From a virus (lineage: Duplodnaviria; Heunggongvirae; Uroviricota; Caudoviricetes), in the IMG/VR virus record IMGVR_UViG_3300021963_000087, positions 1 through 64,000 of that record: a DNA stretch of 64,000 nucleotides; one strand, 5' to 3'. Shown here in pieces: positions 9,794 through 19,558 of this stretch (within the stretch, counting starts at the first letter, position 1; every line of letters starts with the position of its first letter). The position numbers and the translations under genes were made by a program. Below the pieces are notes generated by a model. It saw only the letters and a list, made by a program, of their open reading frames with translations, did no database searches and had not been told where the DNA came from.

Positions 9794-10018
9794 ATGACCA
9801 TAAACATAACCGAAACCAATCTTTATCTAGCCACTATTGTACTTTTAATAATCATTCAAATCTATCATCAAAAAAGAATAGCAAAACTTGAAAAAGAGAT
9901 AGATGATGTATGGCTTCAGCTTGGAGTTCTCACTCAAGGCCTTACTACTAAACTAATGGATCTACTTAAAGACTTAAATAACAAACAAGATAAAAATGAG
10001 AACAAGCGTAATAGTTAG
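9794..10018 (+). CDS. small membrane protein
   Basis: N-terminal hydrophobic helix. Confidence 0.35.
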   Translation: MTINITETNLYLATIVLLIIIQIYHQKRIAKLEKEIDDVWLQLGVLTQGLTTKLMDLLKDLNNKQDKNENKRNS

Positions 10019-10343
10019 ATTACAAGTTGATGGCATGCACAACTTTCCTAAAGCAGCAGAGTTGTTTCCAGAAGTAGCTTTTTTAGCAGAAAGACATAGA
10101 CATATATTTCACATCGAATTGAAAAAAGAAGTATTTCACGATGATAGAGATGTTGAGTTTATAATGTTTAAAAAAGACGTTACTGACTTTTTGAAGCAAA
10201 TGTACTATAAGCCTGAAACTCGCACACATGAGTTTGGTCCCATGAGCTGTGAAATGATAGCTAGGCAATTATTAAACCAATTCCACTGTATATCAGTGAC
10301 TGTCTGGGAGGACTTAGAAAATGGAGCAATCGTTGAAGCATAA
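9996..10343 (+). CDS. hypothetical protein
   Basis: ORF in array. Confidence 0.35.
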   Translation: MRTSVIVRLQVDGMHNFPKAAELFPEVAFLAERHRHIFHIELKKEVFHDDRDVEFIMFKKDVTDFLKQMYYKPETRTHEFGPMSCEMIARQLLNQFHCISVTVWEDLENGAIVEA

Positions 10344-11433
10344 AGTAACGCTAGTATTCGGGAGAATATGTAGTGGAAAAGGATCTTATATGAAGGATGC
10401 TGATAAGCGAATTGTGGTATCGGATATTGTAAAGAATATTATAAGCTCAAACAATAGAGATGCTTTGCAAAATTCCTTGCATTTGGATAATCAGATAGGT
10501 ACTACTTTGATTAATAGCATTTACATAGCTAGCATGGCTAATAGAGAACATGTTGTAGTAGATGGTATTAGACAAGTATCGATCGTAGACAGGGTTCTAA
10601 ACGCTTTTCCAGAGGCTGAATTGGTTTGGTTAGAAGTTCCAGTGGAGGAACGTAAACGAAGATATGAAGCTAGAAAGGATGTTAAGGACGTTGAATCATT
10701 CGAATTAGCAGATAATAAGGCTATAGAGTTGGAATGTCAGAAGATATTTCATACCTTTAAAGATAAATTAACAATTATAAACAATTACCAAATGGAATTA
10801 ATTAAAAAAGCTAACGGCAATATCGTTCGTACAGCTGAAGAAAAAGCTCAAATGATTGAGGAAGCTGCTAAATACTATGGACAGTTTTTAACAGCAATGG
10901 GTTTTGATTGGGAGGCTGATCCTCACTCGGCTGACACTCCAAAAAGAGTAGCAAAAGCTTGGGTGACTGATTTAATTAAAGGTTCAATAAATCCTGCTCC
11001 AGTAATAACAGCGTTTCCTAACGATGAAGGTTATACAGGATTAATATGTCAAACTCGTATTCCAGTGGTTAGTATGTGTGCTCACCACAATTTGCAATTT
11101 GTTGGTTTATGTCACGTAGCATATATTCCTGGCAAAGAAAAAACTGATATGGTTATTGGTTTAAGTAAACTAAATCGTATTGTGGATTTTTATAGTCGTA
11201 GACCTAATATACAAGAGTCTTTAACCAAGCAAATTCACGATGAAATTGATAAGTTATGCGTTGGTAATCGTGGAGTGGCTGTGATTGTTGAATCACAACA
11301 TAACTGTGTGCGATGCAGACAACTAAACCACGAAAGTGTGATGAAGACTTCACAGCTATCCGGCTACTTCCATACGAATGAGGTGGGTACTCGCGTAGAG
11401 CTATTTAGCTTAATTGAAAATTCTCGATTGTAA
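10321..11433 (+). CDS. folE: fusion: dNMP-kinase-like P-loop domain + GTP cyclohydrolase I (FolE)
   Basis: N-terminus has the P-loop VFGRICSGKGSY and a VVDGIRQ motif resembling T4 gp1 dNMP kinase. The C-terminal ~190 aa is clearly FolE (CAHHNLQF, GLSKLNRIVDFYSRRPNIQE). Confidence 0.8.
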   Translation: MEQSLKHKVTLVFGRICSGKGSYMKDADKRIVVSDIVKNIISSNNRDALQNSLHLDNQIGTTLINSIYIASMANREHVVVDGIRQVSIVDRVLNAFPEAELVWLEVPVEERKRRYEARKDVKDVESFELADNKAIELECQKIFHTFKDKLTIINNYQMELIKKANGNIVRTAEEKAQMIEEAAKYYGQFLTAMGFDWEADPHSADTPKRVAKAWVTDLIKGSINPAPVITAFPNDEGYTGLICQTRIPVVSMCAHHNLQFVGLCHVAYIPGKEKTDMVIGLSKLNRIVDFYSRRPNIQESLTKQIHDEIDKLCVGNRGVAVIVESQHNCVRCRQLNHESVMKTSQLSGYFHTNEVGTRVELFSLIENSRL

Positions 11434-11488
11434 TTAAAAGGTTTTATACCTCTACAACTATTTATTATAAACAAACTAAAGTAGAGGT

Positions 11489-12244
11489 ATGAAGCATTTT
11501 TTAAAACAAGGAGATATTTATCACAGTTGGACAGTTATTGAAGCACATAATCCAAATCCACAGAGCAGTTTAGTACAATGTTCGTGTGGAGAACAAAGAA
11601 CAATGCGAAATTGGAATTTAATAGATGGATCACCTAGCAAGTGTAAAGAATGTTATCAACTAGATAGAATTAAAGCTGCTCTCATTCCTGTAGGAACGCA
11701 GTATGGAGATTGGACTATTATAAGTGATAAATACGAAAAGAAAAACAGTAGAACTGGGGGGTTAAAACAGGAAGTAGTGTGTAAGTGTGGATATACTAAG
11801 TTTTTAGAGTTATACCAGCTAAAAGTAGGTAAGACTGTTAAGTGTTTAATATGTGCATCGAGAGATCGCTTGCAAGTATATAAAGACTTGATACCTATTC
11901 GCTATGTTAAACGAATAGAGTATGAAGCTATTAATAGAGGGCTTTTGTACGATCTAACCTTAGATTATCTATACAATCTGTATAACGAACAAAAAGGTAC
12001 TTGTGCTATATCAGGAATGATTCTTAGTATGCCATTAGTTAATATTTCTAGGTACGAAAAGGGAAAAAAATTCAATAATTCCAAAGACTTCACCGCTTCT
12101 TTAGATCGCATTGATTCAAAACAGGGTTATATTGAAGGTAATGTGCAGTGGGTACATAAACTTGTTAATAGGATGAAAATGGATTTAGATGAGGTTGAAT
12201 TTTTCAGTATTGTTAAGCAAATAAGTAAATACAAACAGCTATAA
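11489..12244 (+). CDS. HNH homing endonuclease-like
   Basis: CxxC pairs at the N-terminus. C-terminal motif DRIDSKQGYIEGNVQWVHKLVN is typical of HNH/AP2-type homing endonucleases. Confidence 0.55.
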   Translation: MKHFLKQGDIYHSWTVIEAHNPNPQSSLVQCSCGEQRTMRNWNLIDGSPSKCKECYQLDRIKAALIPVGTQYGDWTIISDKYEKKNSRTGGLKQEVVCKCGYTKFLELYQLKVGKTVKCLICASRDRLQVYKDLIPIRYVKRIEYEAINRGLLYDLTLDYLYNLYNEQKGTCAISGMILSMPLVNISRYEKGKKFNNSKDFTASLDRIDSKQGYIEGNVQWVHKLVNRMKMDLDEVEFFSIVKQISKYKQL

Positions 12245-12318
12245 TATCAAAAAATCAGTATAAATACCCTTGTTTAATTAGATTAGTTGGTGTAATTTTA
12301 TAGCATAAAACAAATAAT

Positions 12319-12852
12319 ATGAAAAAAACAACAACAAACCCCACGTACCCATCGTACAAAACTACTGATTTAGTTAATCATTTAAATGAATCAGGAACAG
12401 GCACTTTAAGTCAAACATTCAATCCTAACTTTACAACACAAAGTAAACCTCAAAGTCTATTTGCATATGTAAGTACCTCTCAACCAGGTACAATCGTTAA
12501 TATAAGCACAGAGTACCAAAATTTATCAGAGAAAGAAAAATCAGAATTACTTTCAAAATTATTTGAATGGATTGCTAATAAAAAAGCTGAGATTAAACCT
12601 GTAAAATTATATACAGAACAACAAGTAATAATGGCAATGCATTTAACTAATACATACAAAGAAAATTATAATCAGGTATTAGAACAATTAACACCCATAG
12701 AACTACCAACTGATGAGGAGGTAGAAGTAAAATCTAAAAAACTGCCATTTGAAGTTCGTGTTAATAACGATTTATATAACGAAGCTCTTAATGAAGGATT
12801 TTTTTTAGGAGTAGAATATATGCAACAACAAATACTCAACCAAAACAAATAA
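12319..12852 (+). CDS. hypothetical protein, paralog A (C-terminal ...YMQQQILNQNK)
   Basis: Shares a C-terminal motif with the next ORF. Confidence 0.45.
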   Translation: MKKTTTNPTYPSYKTTDLVNHLNESGTGTLSQTFNPNFTTQSKPQSLFAYVSTSQPGTIVNISTEYQNLSEKEKSELLSKLFEWIANKKAEIKPVKLYTEQQVIMAMHLTNTYKENYNQVLEQLTPIELPTDEEVEVKSKKLPFEVRVNNDLYNEALNEGFFLGVEYMQQQILNQNK

Positions 12853-12855
12853 CCT

Positions 12856-13119
12856 ATGAAAAACCATAATTATAACTTACCCACAGGTACAGATGAACAA
12901 GGACCTTATTGGTTAGATGAAAATAATAACAAATATAGATGGAATGGGCCAATGGTAGGACTCAGTATGAGCATGGAATTCTCTGTAATAGAACAAGAAG
13001 CTCAGAAACGACATCCCTATGAAAAACACATGGGTGCTACATGGGAAAATGGATTACACGAAGGTTTTATAATGGGTGCAGAATGGATGAAACAACAAAT
13101 ACTTAACCAAAACAAATAA
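12856..13119 (+). CDS. hypothetical protein, paralog B (C-terminal ...WMKQQILNQNK)
   Basis: C-terminal 20 aa nearly identical to the preceding ORF. Confidence 0.45.
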   Translation: MKNHNYNLPTGTDEQGPYWLDENNNKYRWNGPMVGLSMSMEFSVIEQEAQKRHPYEKHMGATWENGLHEGFIMGAEWMKQQILNQNK

Positions 13120-13125
13120 ACAGTT

Positions 13126-13365
13126 ATGAAAGTAAAAGAATTAATTGAAGCACTACAAAAAGTAGAAAACCAAGATGCAGAAGTATTCTACGGTAAAGAA
13201 AGTGAAGGAAGTATGTACATTTGCCATTATGATTTAGAAGAACATGATACTGATGGTAAATACGCTCACCCTGAATGGAATGCAGATTTTACTCCTAAAG
13301 AAAGAGTTGCTGACTATCCATATGATGAACCATCTAGATTGTCAATTTGGTTAGGATACCTATAA
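13126..13365 (+). CDS. hypothetical protein
   Basis: ORF in array. Confidence 0.35.
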   Translation: MKVKELIEALQKVENQDAEVFYGKESEGSMYICHYDLEEHDTDGKYAHPEWNADFTPKERVADYPYDEPSRLSIWLGYL

Positions 13366-13375
13366 ATTATAAATT

Positions 13376-13591
13376 ATGAGAACAGCAATGCAATTAATGC
13401 TTTGGTATTTAAAAAATGAAGGTCTTGAAGAAAGTGGAGCATATTATAAAGCTAAAATGCTACTTGAAAAAGAAAAAGAGGATTTAATGAAAGCATTTTC
13501 AGATGGTCAAGAAACACCAATAAACCATCCCACTCTACCTCATTATAGTAGAGAGGAGTATTATAACGATAACTATAATCAAGATAAATAA
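13376..13591 (+). CDS. hypothetical protein
   Basis: ORF in array. Confidence 0.35.
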   Translation: MRTAMQLMLWYLKNEGLEESGAYYKAKMLLEKEKEDLMKAFSDGQETPINHPTLPHYSREEYYNDNYNQDK

Positions 13592-13592
13592 T

Positions 13593-14402
13593 ATGAAAAA
13601 AGTAAAGTACGGATACATATCCCCAATTAAGTATCAGCACCTCATTCCAGAGAGTGCTGACTTTCATTTGATATTAGCTCACTTATTAGATAAGAAAGAG
13701 TACGTAGATTTCTACAAAGAGAAGATCAAGAGAGGCGATACAGTGATATTAGATAACTCAGCATTTGAGTTCAAGAGAGCGTTATCAGCTGAAGAGATCT
13801 TTGGCTTTATTGAACGTAGTGGCATTGAACCAACATATGTAGTAGCTCCAGATTACCCATTCCAAGAATGGCAAGTTACTATGGAATCTACTCTAGCTTT
13901 TATAGAAGAAGTTAAAGATAAACCTTACAAAGTAATGGCTGTTCCTCAAAGTAGAAGAGGTGATGTAGATGGATGGGTAACATGTTATGATTTAATGGTT
14001 ACGAATCCTAACATTAGTGTAATTGGTATGTCTATTTTAGGCATTCCTAACGCATTCCATGCGATGACTGGTACAGACGATATCGCTTTTAATAGAATAT
14101 TTGCAACCAAATATTTATTAGAGCGTAAGAATAACCATCCAACTAAGTGGCATCACTATTTGGGATTGGGTGGAGGACCGAGAGAAATCTTGATTCAAAG
14201 GCAGTTAGGATTAATGGATAGTAATGATTCATCTTCTCCTTTCTGGCATGGTTGTATGAATATTCATTTTGATAAAAGCATTTGGGGATTACAATATGGA
14301 AAAAGCAAGGAAGAAGTTAACTTCGATTTTGAATACTATCCAGGAAATGCTGAAGTTATTAAATATAACATCGATTACATGGAAAATGTTATTTTAAAAT
14401 AA
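13593..14402 (+). CDS. dpdA: DpdA-like / tRNA-guanine transglycosylase-fold protein (7-deazaguanine DNA transglycosylase candidate)
   Basis: ILDNSAFEF resembles the TGT DSGGFQ substrate-Asp motif. HHYLGLGGGPREIL...GLMDSNDSSSP resembles the TGT LMGVGxP...D motif. No C-terminal Zn site. Confidence 0.5.
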   Translation: MKKVKYGYISPIKYQHLIPESADFHLILAHLLDKKEYVDFYKEKIKRGDTVILDNSAFEFKRALSAEEIFGFIERSGIEPTYVVAPDYPFQEWQVTMESTLAFIEEVKDKPYKVMAVPQSRRGDVDGWVTCYDLMVTNPNISVIGMSILGIPNAFHAMTGTDDIAFNRIFATKYLLERKNNHPTKWHHYLGLGGGPREILIQRQLGLMDSNDSSSPFWHGCMNIHFDKSIWGLQYGKSKEEVNFDFEYYPGNAEVIKYNIDYMENVILK

Positions 14403-14599
14403 TGAAGGAATTTGACCCTAAACAAAAATCTCAAGGCTTAGGCGATACCATTGCTAAGTTTACAAACTTCTTTGGTATCGACAAGCTAGCGGATTGGGTA
14501 GCAAAGATGTTCGGAAAGAAGGATTGTGGATGTAATCGCCGTAGGAAACAATTAAATAAAATAGTATCTTATAAAGATGATAATAATAGACCTAAATAA
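14402..14599 (+). CDS. hypothetical protein
   Basis: ORF in array. Confidence 0.3.
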   Translation: MKEFDPKQKSQGLGDTIAKFTNFFGIDKLADWVAKMFGKKDCGCNRRRKQLNKIVSYKDDNNRPK

Positions 14600-14765
14600 A
14601 TACAAATCTATAGAGCATGCTCTTAAGGTTTATAAGCAAAAGCATAATAAGATCGGTACTGTAAAAGAACTACGTGATAGACAAACCTTTACAAAGCCTT
14701 CTGTTAAGCGCAGAGCTGAGTTATTAAATGCAAAATACAAACAACAAAAATACGGAAATCAATAA
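14577..14765 (+). CDS. basic small protein
   Basis: ORF in array; Lys/Arg-rich. Confidence 0.3.
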   Translation: MIIIDLNKYKSIEHALKVYKQKHNKIGTVKELRDRQTFTKPSVKRRAELLNAKYKQQKYGNQ

Positions 14766-14768
14766 GTT

Positions 14769-15293
14769 ATGTTAAACGCAGATCAAATTATAGAGAAAGG
14801 TCTACTTAAGTTAGAACACTCTAAAGGTAAAAAAGCTCAAATTGGTTACGACTTATCTTTGAAAGAAGTTAATAAGATTGGCAACAGCTCAGGTTTTGGG
14901 TTTGTTGTTGAAAGTAGAATTGGCAAAGTTTTAAAAGATAAAACTGAACTAACTACTTACAATAAAGTTGAAAAGCTTAATTTAGATGCAAAGCATGGAT
15001 GGTTACTACATCCAGGAGTTTACGACATTACCTTTTGGGAAGGATGCACAATTCCTTCTAACTATGTAGGATTAATTAGACAAAGATCCTCTATGTTAAG
15101 AAATGGTACAGTATTACATTCGTCTGTATTTGATCCAGGATTCGAGACAGAATTTATGGGAACTGTAATGGTAGTTAACGAACCTATCTTTATTGAGGAA
15201 GATGCTCGTGTAGCTCAAATTTATTTCCATGAGTGCGATCCTGTAGAAGAATTGTATGACGGCCAGTGGCAAAATGATAAACAAAGAAAGTAA
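14769..15293 (+). CDS. dCTP deaminase / dUTPase-superfamily protein
   Basis: IGYDLSL and SVFDPGFETEFMGTVMVVN resemble Dcd/dUTPase beta-barrel motifs. Confidence 0.5.
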   Translation: MLNADQIIEKGLLKLEHSKGKKAQIGYDLSLKEVNKIGNSSGFGFVVESRIGKVLKDKTELTTYNKVEKLNLDAKHGWLLHPGVYDITFWEGCTIPSNYVGLIRQRSSMLRNGTVLHSSVFDPGFETEFMGTVMVVNEPIFIEEDARVAQIYFHECDPVEELYDGQWQNDKQRK

Positions 15294-15458
15294 TGCAATC
15301 AAGAGAATCAAAAACAAAATGGCATTTTGTAAATAGTCTAACCAAATCAGCGTGTAGAATGTTGGGATGCATTTGGGGAATAGCGTATGCTGATTTATAT
15401 ACAATGAGCATAGCATTTTTTGCTGCCGAAGTGTTGGGTGTTATAGAAGAATTTTAAT

Positions 15459-16478
15459 ATGAAATTAGACAAATACAACAAGCTTAAACTAAAGCTAGAG
15501 GTTTTCAAATTAGAGAAGAATTATTTTACATTGGATCAAATCCTATATTATTTTTCTTTCTTAGGTAATATCTTTTTGATTTATTTTGGATACTTCTTTG
15601 TTAAGTCTATTACTAATAGTATACCCCCTTTATTTCCTTATCAAGATTTCTTCTTTACTGTATTTGTAGGTTTATTTTTAACAGGATATGAATTAACTAA
15701 GAGATTTGCCTTAGAGCAATTTTTTACAAACACACTTCAGATTAAAAGATTAACAACTGGAATCTTTATTGGAGGAATGATTTGTTCATTTTTAATAGCA
15801 GGTAGTTTTTACTTATCTGTCAAAGGTGCACATAGGTTAGTTGATAACACAGAAACAATAAGTACAGCAGTAGATGCAAGTATTGCTCAGAAGCAAGACT
15901 CAATAGCAAAGTATTATGATAAGGAAATACTATATTATAGAAATCAATCTGCTAGAACCAGATCCGAAAAAGTCTACCGTGATTCGATTGTTAACGTCTT
16001 ACAGATGGCGAAGGATACAAAAATCCAACAAATTGAATCTAAAGCGCAAACGAAAACGAGTACTACTTTGGAGAAGAATAGTGAAAACTCCACTGCGTTT
16101 CTTTTTATAACAATTTTCCTTGAGATGATTGTTTTAATTGGTGTTGGATTTGATGCATTCTATACGTTAGGCAGTTATGAAGAAACTAAAAAACTGTTAC
16201 AGACTCCTAAGTTTAAACAGTTGGAATTAAATTTAAAATTACTTAAGTTATATTATCAGAATGGTAAGAAGGTAGCAGGTGATCAAACACTATCTTTTAA
16301 CAAGTTTAAGTCTTTAGCACAAACACAAAAAGTAGATTGTTCACAAGCAGATCTAAAATCTTTTGTTACCTTATGTCAAGAGTTAGATATTGTAAAAGAG
16401 TTCAGAGGTAGGAAGAAAGAATTTATGATATCCTACGTAGAAGCTAAACACATCATAGAAAGCCAGGAAGTAATATAA
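15459..16478 (+). CDS. membrane protein, hypothetical
   Basis: About 4 N-terminal TM helices followed by a soluble C-terminal domain. Confidence 0.4.
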   Translation: MKLDKYNKLKLKLEVFKLEKNYFTLDQILYYFSFLGNIFLIYFGYFFVKSITNSIPPLFPYQDFFFTVFVGLFLTGYELTKRFALEQFFTNTLQIKRLTTGIFIGGMICSFLIAGSFYLSVKGAHRLVDNTETISTAVDASIAQKQDSIAKYYDKEILYYRNQSARTRSEKVYRDSIVNVLQMAKDTKIQQIESKAQTKTSTTLEKNSENSTAFLFITIFLEMIVLIGVGFDAFYTLGSYEETKKLLQTPKFKQLELNLKLLKLYYQNGKKVAGDQTLSFNKFKSLAQTQKVDCSQADLKSFVTLCQELDIVKEFRGRKKEFMISYVEAKHIIESQEVI

Positions 16479-16479
16479 A

Positions 16480-18789
16480 ATGCAAGAAAAAAGCTACGTT
16501 ACAGTCAATAGCAAAGAGACTTTAAAAGAATTACTAGAACATATTAAGAACAGCGAACTCGTTGCATACGATACTGAGACCGATAGTTTGAATCCTCGTA
16601 AAGGTTTGATTATTGGTTTTTCTGTATCTGGTGAAATTGGCAAGGGTTACTATATGCCAATCCGTGAATGGAAGAACGATCACTTAGAAGAAATTATAAT
16701 AGAAGGTACTAATGCTGATAAACTAGCTAAGTTTGCTATTAGTCAATTACTAAATAAAAAGCTAGTGATGCATAACGCATCATTCGATGTTCGATTTACA
16801 AAGAACTTTTACGGAATAGATTTACTCCCAGCCTTATATGCCGATACCGGATTACTTGTACATACAGTAAGAGAGGAAGGAGCATTTGGATTTGGTAATC
16901 CTTTTGGATTGAAGTCTATTGCTAAGATGGTTCAAGCAGATATCGGACTTAATGTAGAAGAAGAAGCTAACGAGGAACAACTAGAATTAAAAGCAAGTAT
17001 TAAAGCTAATGGAGGATCTACCTCAAAAGATAACTTTGAGATTTTCAAAGCAGATATGAAAATACTTTCTAAGTATGCAGCTGCCGATACAGATTTAACA
17101 TTAAGAATCTACCATCATTTTTTAGGATTACTTAAAGAAGAGGATCTTGAGAAGTTTTTCTTTGAGGATGAAGTAATGCCTTTATACAAAGAAGTTACAG
17201 TTCCTATGGAAGATTATGGTGTGAGAGTAGATGTACCTTTAATGCAAGAGATTAGAGCTAAGATAACCGAAGATCTAAAGTCTTATGGAGAGAAAGTAAC
17301 TGCTACTTTATTACAAGAGCCTAAAATTAGAACTTGGATTATAGAAAGAGCTTGGGAAGCTTATCCACCTAAGAATAAAGGAACCTTTGCTCAACGATTA
17401 TTAGAGCAAGCAGGTAGCAATTTGATAAAGTCTGAAAAGACTGGTAAGTACACTTTGAACAAATCATCTCTTACAGCGATGGAAGAAAGTCCTGTTAAGT
17501 ATTATTTACTAACTGGTGATGAAAGTCACTTAACCAAAGAGCAAATTGTTAGATGTAGTCTCTCTTTGTGGAAGGAAGATAATGGTGGTGAGTTCTTTAA
17601 TATCCAATCTAAGGACCAATTAGGTAAAATAGCCTTTGATGTATTAGGTTTAAAACCTCTATCATCAACAACTAAAGGCAAAGCTCAGTTTGATGAAGAT
17701 ATGATTCAATCTATTAGTGATCAATTTGAATGGGCTAAGTATTTAAGAATTTATAACAAACTAACTAAGATCAAATCAGCTTATATTGATCGCTTTTTGG
17801 ATTCATCCGAAGATGGAAGATTCTATCCTTACTTCAAACAGAACGGAACTGTATCTGGAAGATATGGATCTGACTTACAACAGCTACCTAAACCATTAGA
17901 ACCAGGACAGGACGAAGAGATTATTATGGAATACACTAACATTGTTAGAGCATTCTTTATTTGTGATGATGGATATAAGCTATTAGATACTGACTACGCT
18001 TCGTTAGAGCCTAGAGTGTTTGCAACTGTAGCTGGTGATCCAGGTTTGAAAGAGATCTTTAATAACGACTTAGACTTCTATTCTCACATTGCTATCAAAA
18101 CTGAAAAGCTAGAAGGTGTTAGTGCACATACAAAAGCACCCAACTTCCTTAAAAAGGTAGATCCAGTTAAAAGACAAACAGCTAAGTCATATTCATTAGG
18201 TGTGCCTTATGGTATGTCAGGCTATGCTTTAGCAATGTCTCTAAACGTAAGCAAGGAAGAAGGACAAAGACTTGTAGAAGGTTACTTAGAGGGATTTCCA
18301 CAACTAAGAGAATGGAGAGAAAACTCACGAGCATTTGTAAAAGAGAATGGATACATTAAAAATAAGGTAGGAAGGATTCGACATCTACCTATCGCCAAGA
18401 AAGTTTATGCCAAGTACAAAGATCAACTCATTGATGATTGGAGATTTAGAAAAGAATTAGAACGTGGATATGGAGTTGAGTTAGTAACTAAGATCTATAA
18501 GGATTATAAAAATGCATTGAATAACTGTTTAAACTTCCAAATTCAGAGTTATTCTGCTAGTATTGTAAATAGAGCTGCTTTACAAATAAACCGTAAATTT
18601 AAGCAGGAAAACATAGAAGGACAGGTGATTGCTCAGATACATGACCAATTAATTTGTCAAGTGAAAGAAGAGTTTGTTCCTAGAGCTTGTGAGATTGTAC
18701 AAGATTGTATGGAAAATACAACTAAACTAGATGGTGTAAACTTAATTGCTGAGCCTGAGGTTACAATAAATTTTAGGGATGGCCATTAA
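16480..18789 (+). CDS. DNA polymerase I-like (family A) with 3'-5' exonuclease domain
   Basis: Exo I motif AYDTETDSL. Pol motif A region DYASLEPRV, motif B RQTAKSYSLGVPYG, and motif C QIHDQLICQV. Confidence 0.9.
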   Translation: MQEKSYVTVNSKETLKELLEHIKNSELVAYDTETDSLNPRKGLIIGFSVSGEIGKGYYMPIREWKNDHLEEIIIEGTNADKLAKFAISQLLNKKLVMHNASFDVRFTKNFYGIDLLPALYADTGLLVHTVREEGAFGFGNPFGLKSIAKMVQADIGLNVEEEANEEQLELKASIKANGGSTSKDNFEIFKADMKILSKYAAADTDLTLRIYHHFLGLLKEEDLEKFFFEDEVMPLYKEVTVPMEDYGVRVDVPLMQEIRAKITEDLKSYGEKVTATLLQEPKIRTWIIERAWEAYPPKNKGTFAQRLLEQAGSNLIKSEKTGKYTLNKSSLTAMEESPVKYYLLTGDESHLTKEQIVRCSLSLWKEDNGGEFFNIQSKDQLGKIAFDVLGLKPLSSTTKGKAQFDEDMIQSISDQFEWAKYLRIYNKLTKIKSAYIDRFLDSSEDGRFYPYFKQNGTVSGRYGSDLQQLPKPLEPGQDEEIIMEYTNIVRAFFICDDGYKLLDTDYASLEPRVFATVAGDPGLKEIFNNDLDFYSHIAIKTEKLEGVSAHTKAPNFLKKVDPVKRQTAKSYSLGVPYGMSGYALAMSLNVSKEEGQRLVEGYLEGFPQLREWRENSRAFVKENGYIKNKVGRIRHLPIAKKVYAKYKDQLIDDWRFRKELERGYGVELVTKIYKDYKNALNNCLNFQIQSYSASIVNRAALQINRKFKQENIEGQVIAQIHDQLICQVKEEFVPRACEIVQDCMENTTKLDGVNLIAEPEVTINFRDGH

Positions 18790-18901
18790 TTTTAATAAAA
18801 AGCAGTATATTTATTAAGACAAAGAGGTACTTGGTAGGCCTCGGTTACGAACAATAAAATTTATAAACCGTTCACCGTAAGGGAACACAAACTTAAACAA
18901 C

Positions 18902-19336
18902 ATGGGAAACTTTAGACCCTTCGAGCTAGATCCATTTGACTTGCTTTGGAGAAATTTACTAGACACACAATCACACTTTACTGCACTCACGCAGAAAATC
19001 ACACATCCAGTAGACATTTTTGAAACAGAACAAGGCGTACTCTTTGAAGTAGCTGCTGTAGGACTTTGTCAAGAAGACATTGAAATTCTTGTCGACGGAG
19101 ATCAATTACGCATCAAACACGATGCAAAACCATTTAATCAAGAAAACGCTCTTTACAGAGGTATTAAAAGATCTGGTTTTGACCTTACTTTTAAGATCTC
19201 AACTAAGTTTGATCTATCACAGTTAGCAGCATCTTTAGACAAAGGATTACTAACTCTCAGTATTCCAGTTGCTGAAGGTAAAGCAGTGCGTAGAATTGAA
19301 ATCAATGTGCCAAAAGCACTTCCAGCTAAAAAATAA
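18902..19336 (+). CDS. small heat-shock protein (Hsp20/alpha-crystallin family)
   Basis: Alpha-crystallin core PVDIFETEQGVLFEVAAVGLCQEDIEILVDGDQLRI. Confidence 0.75.
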   Translation: MGNFRPFELDPFDLLWRNLLDTQSHFTALTQKITHPVDIFETEQGVLFEVAAVGLCQEDIEILVDGDQLRIKHDAKPFNQENALYRGIKRSGFDLTFKISTKFDLSQLAASLDKGLLTLSIPVAEGKAVRRIEINVPKALPAKK

Positions 19337-19367
19337 ATAAAGGTAAAAGGCCTACCAAATATCTGTT

Positions 19368-19550
19368 ATGTTTAAAAATGAGTTCCTCACCTTTCAAGAC
19401 AACCTCTACGTCATTAAAAAGATTATCCGCGAAGACACAAATCCTGTCATCGACGTTTGGAAAGAACATTTAAGGGCGGATATTGTATTAAGAAGGGATG
19501 GATGGCTCTATTTTTTAGAGTTAGTACCTGATTTAGAAATTATTAATTAA
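19368..19550 (+). CDS. hypothetical protein
   Basis: ORF in array. Confidence 0.3.
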   Translation: MFKNEFLTFQDNLYVIKKIIREDTNPVIDVWKEHLRADIVLRRDGWLYFLELVPDLEIIN

Positions 19551-19558
19551 TAAAGTAT

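Noticed and set aside
15114-15416. - strand ORFs (100 aa and 73 aa) overlapping the 3' end of the Dcd-like gene
   Set aside because: Every credible gene in the window is on the + strand. These ORFs overlap a conserved coding region and have a hydrophobic, low-information composition.
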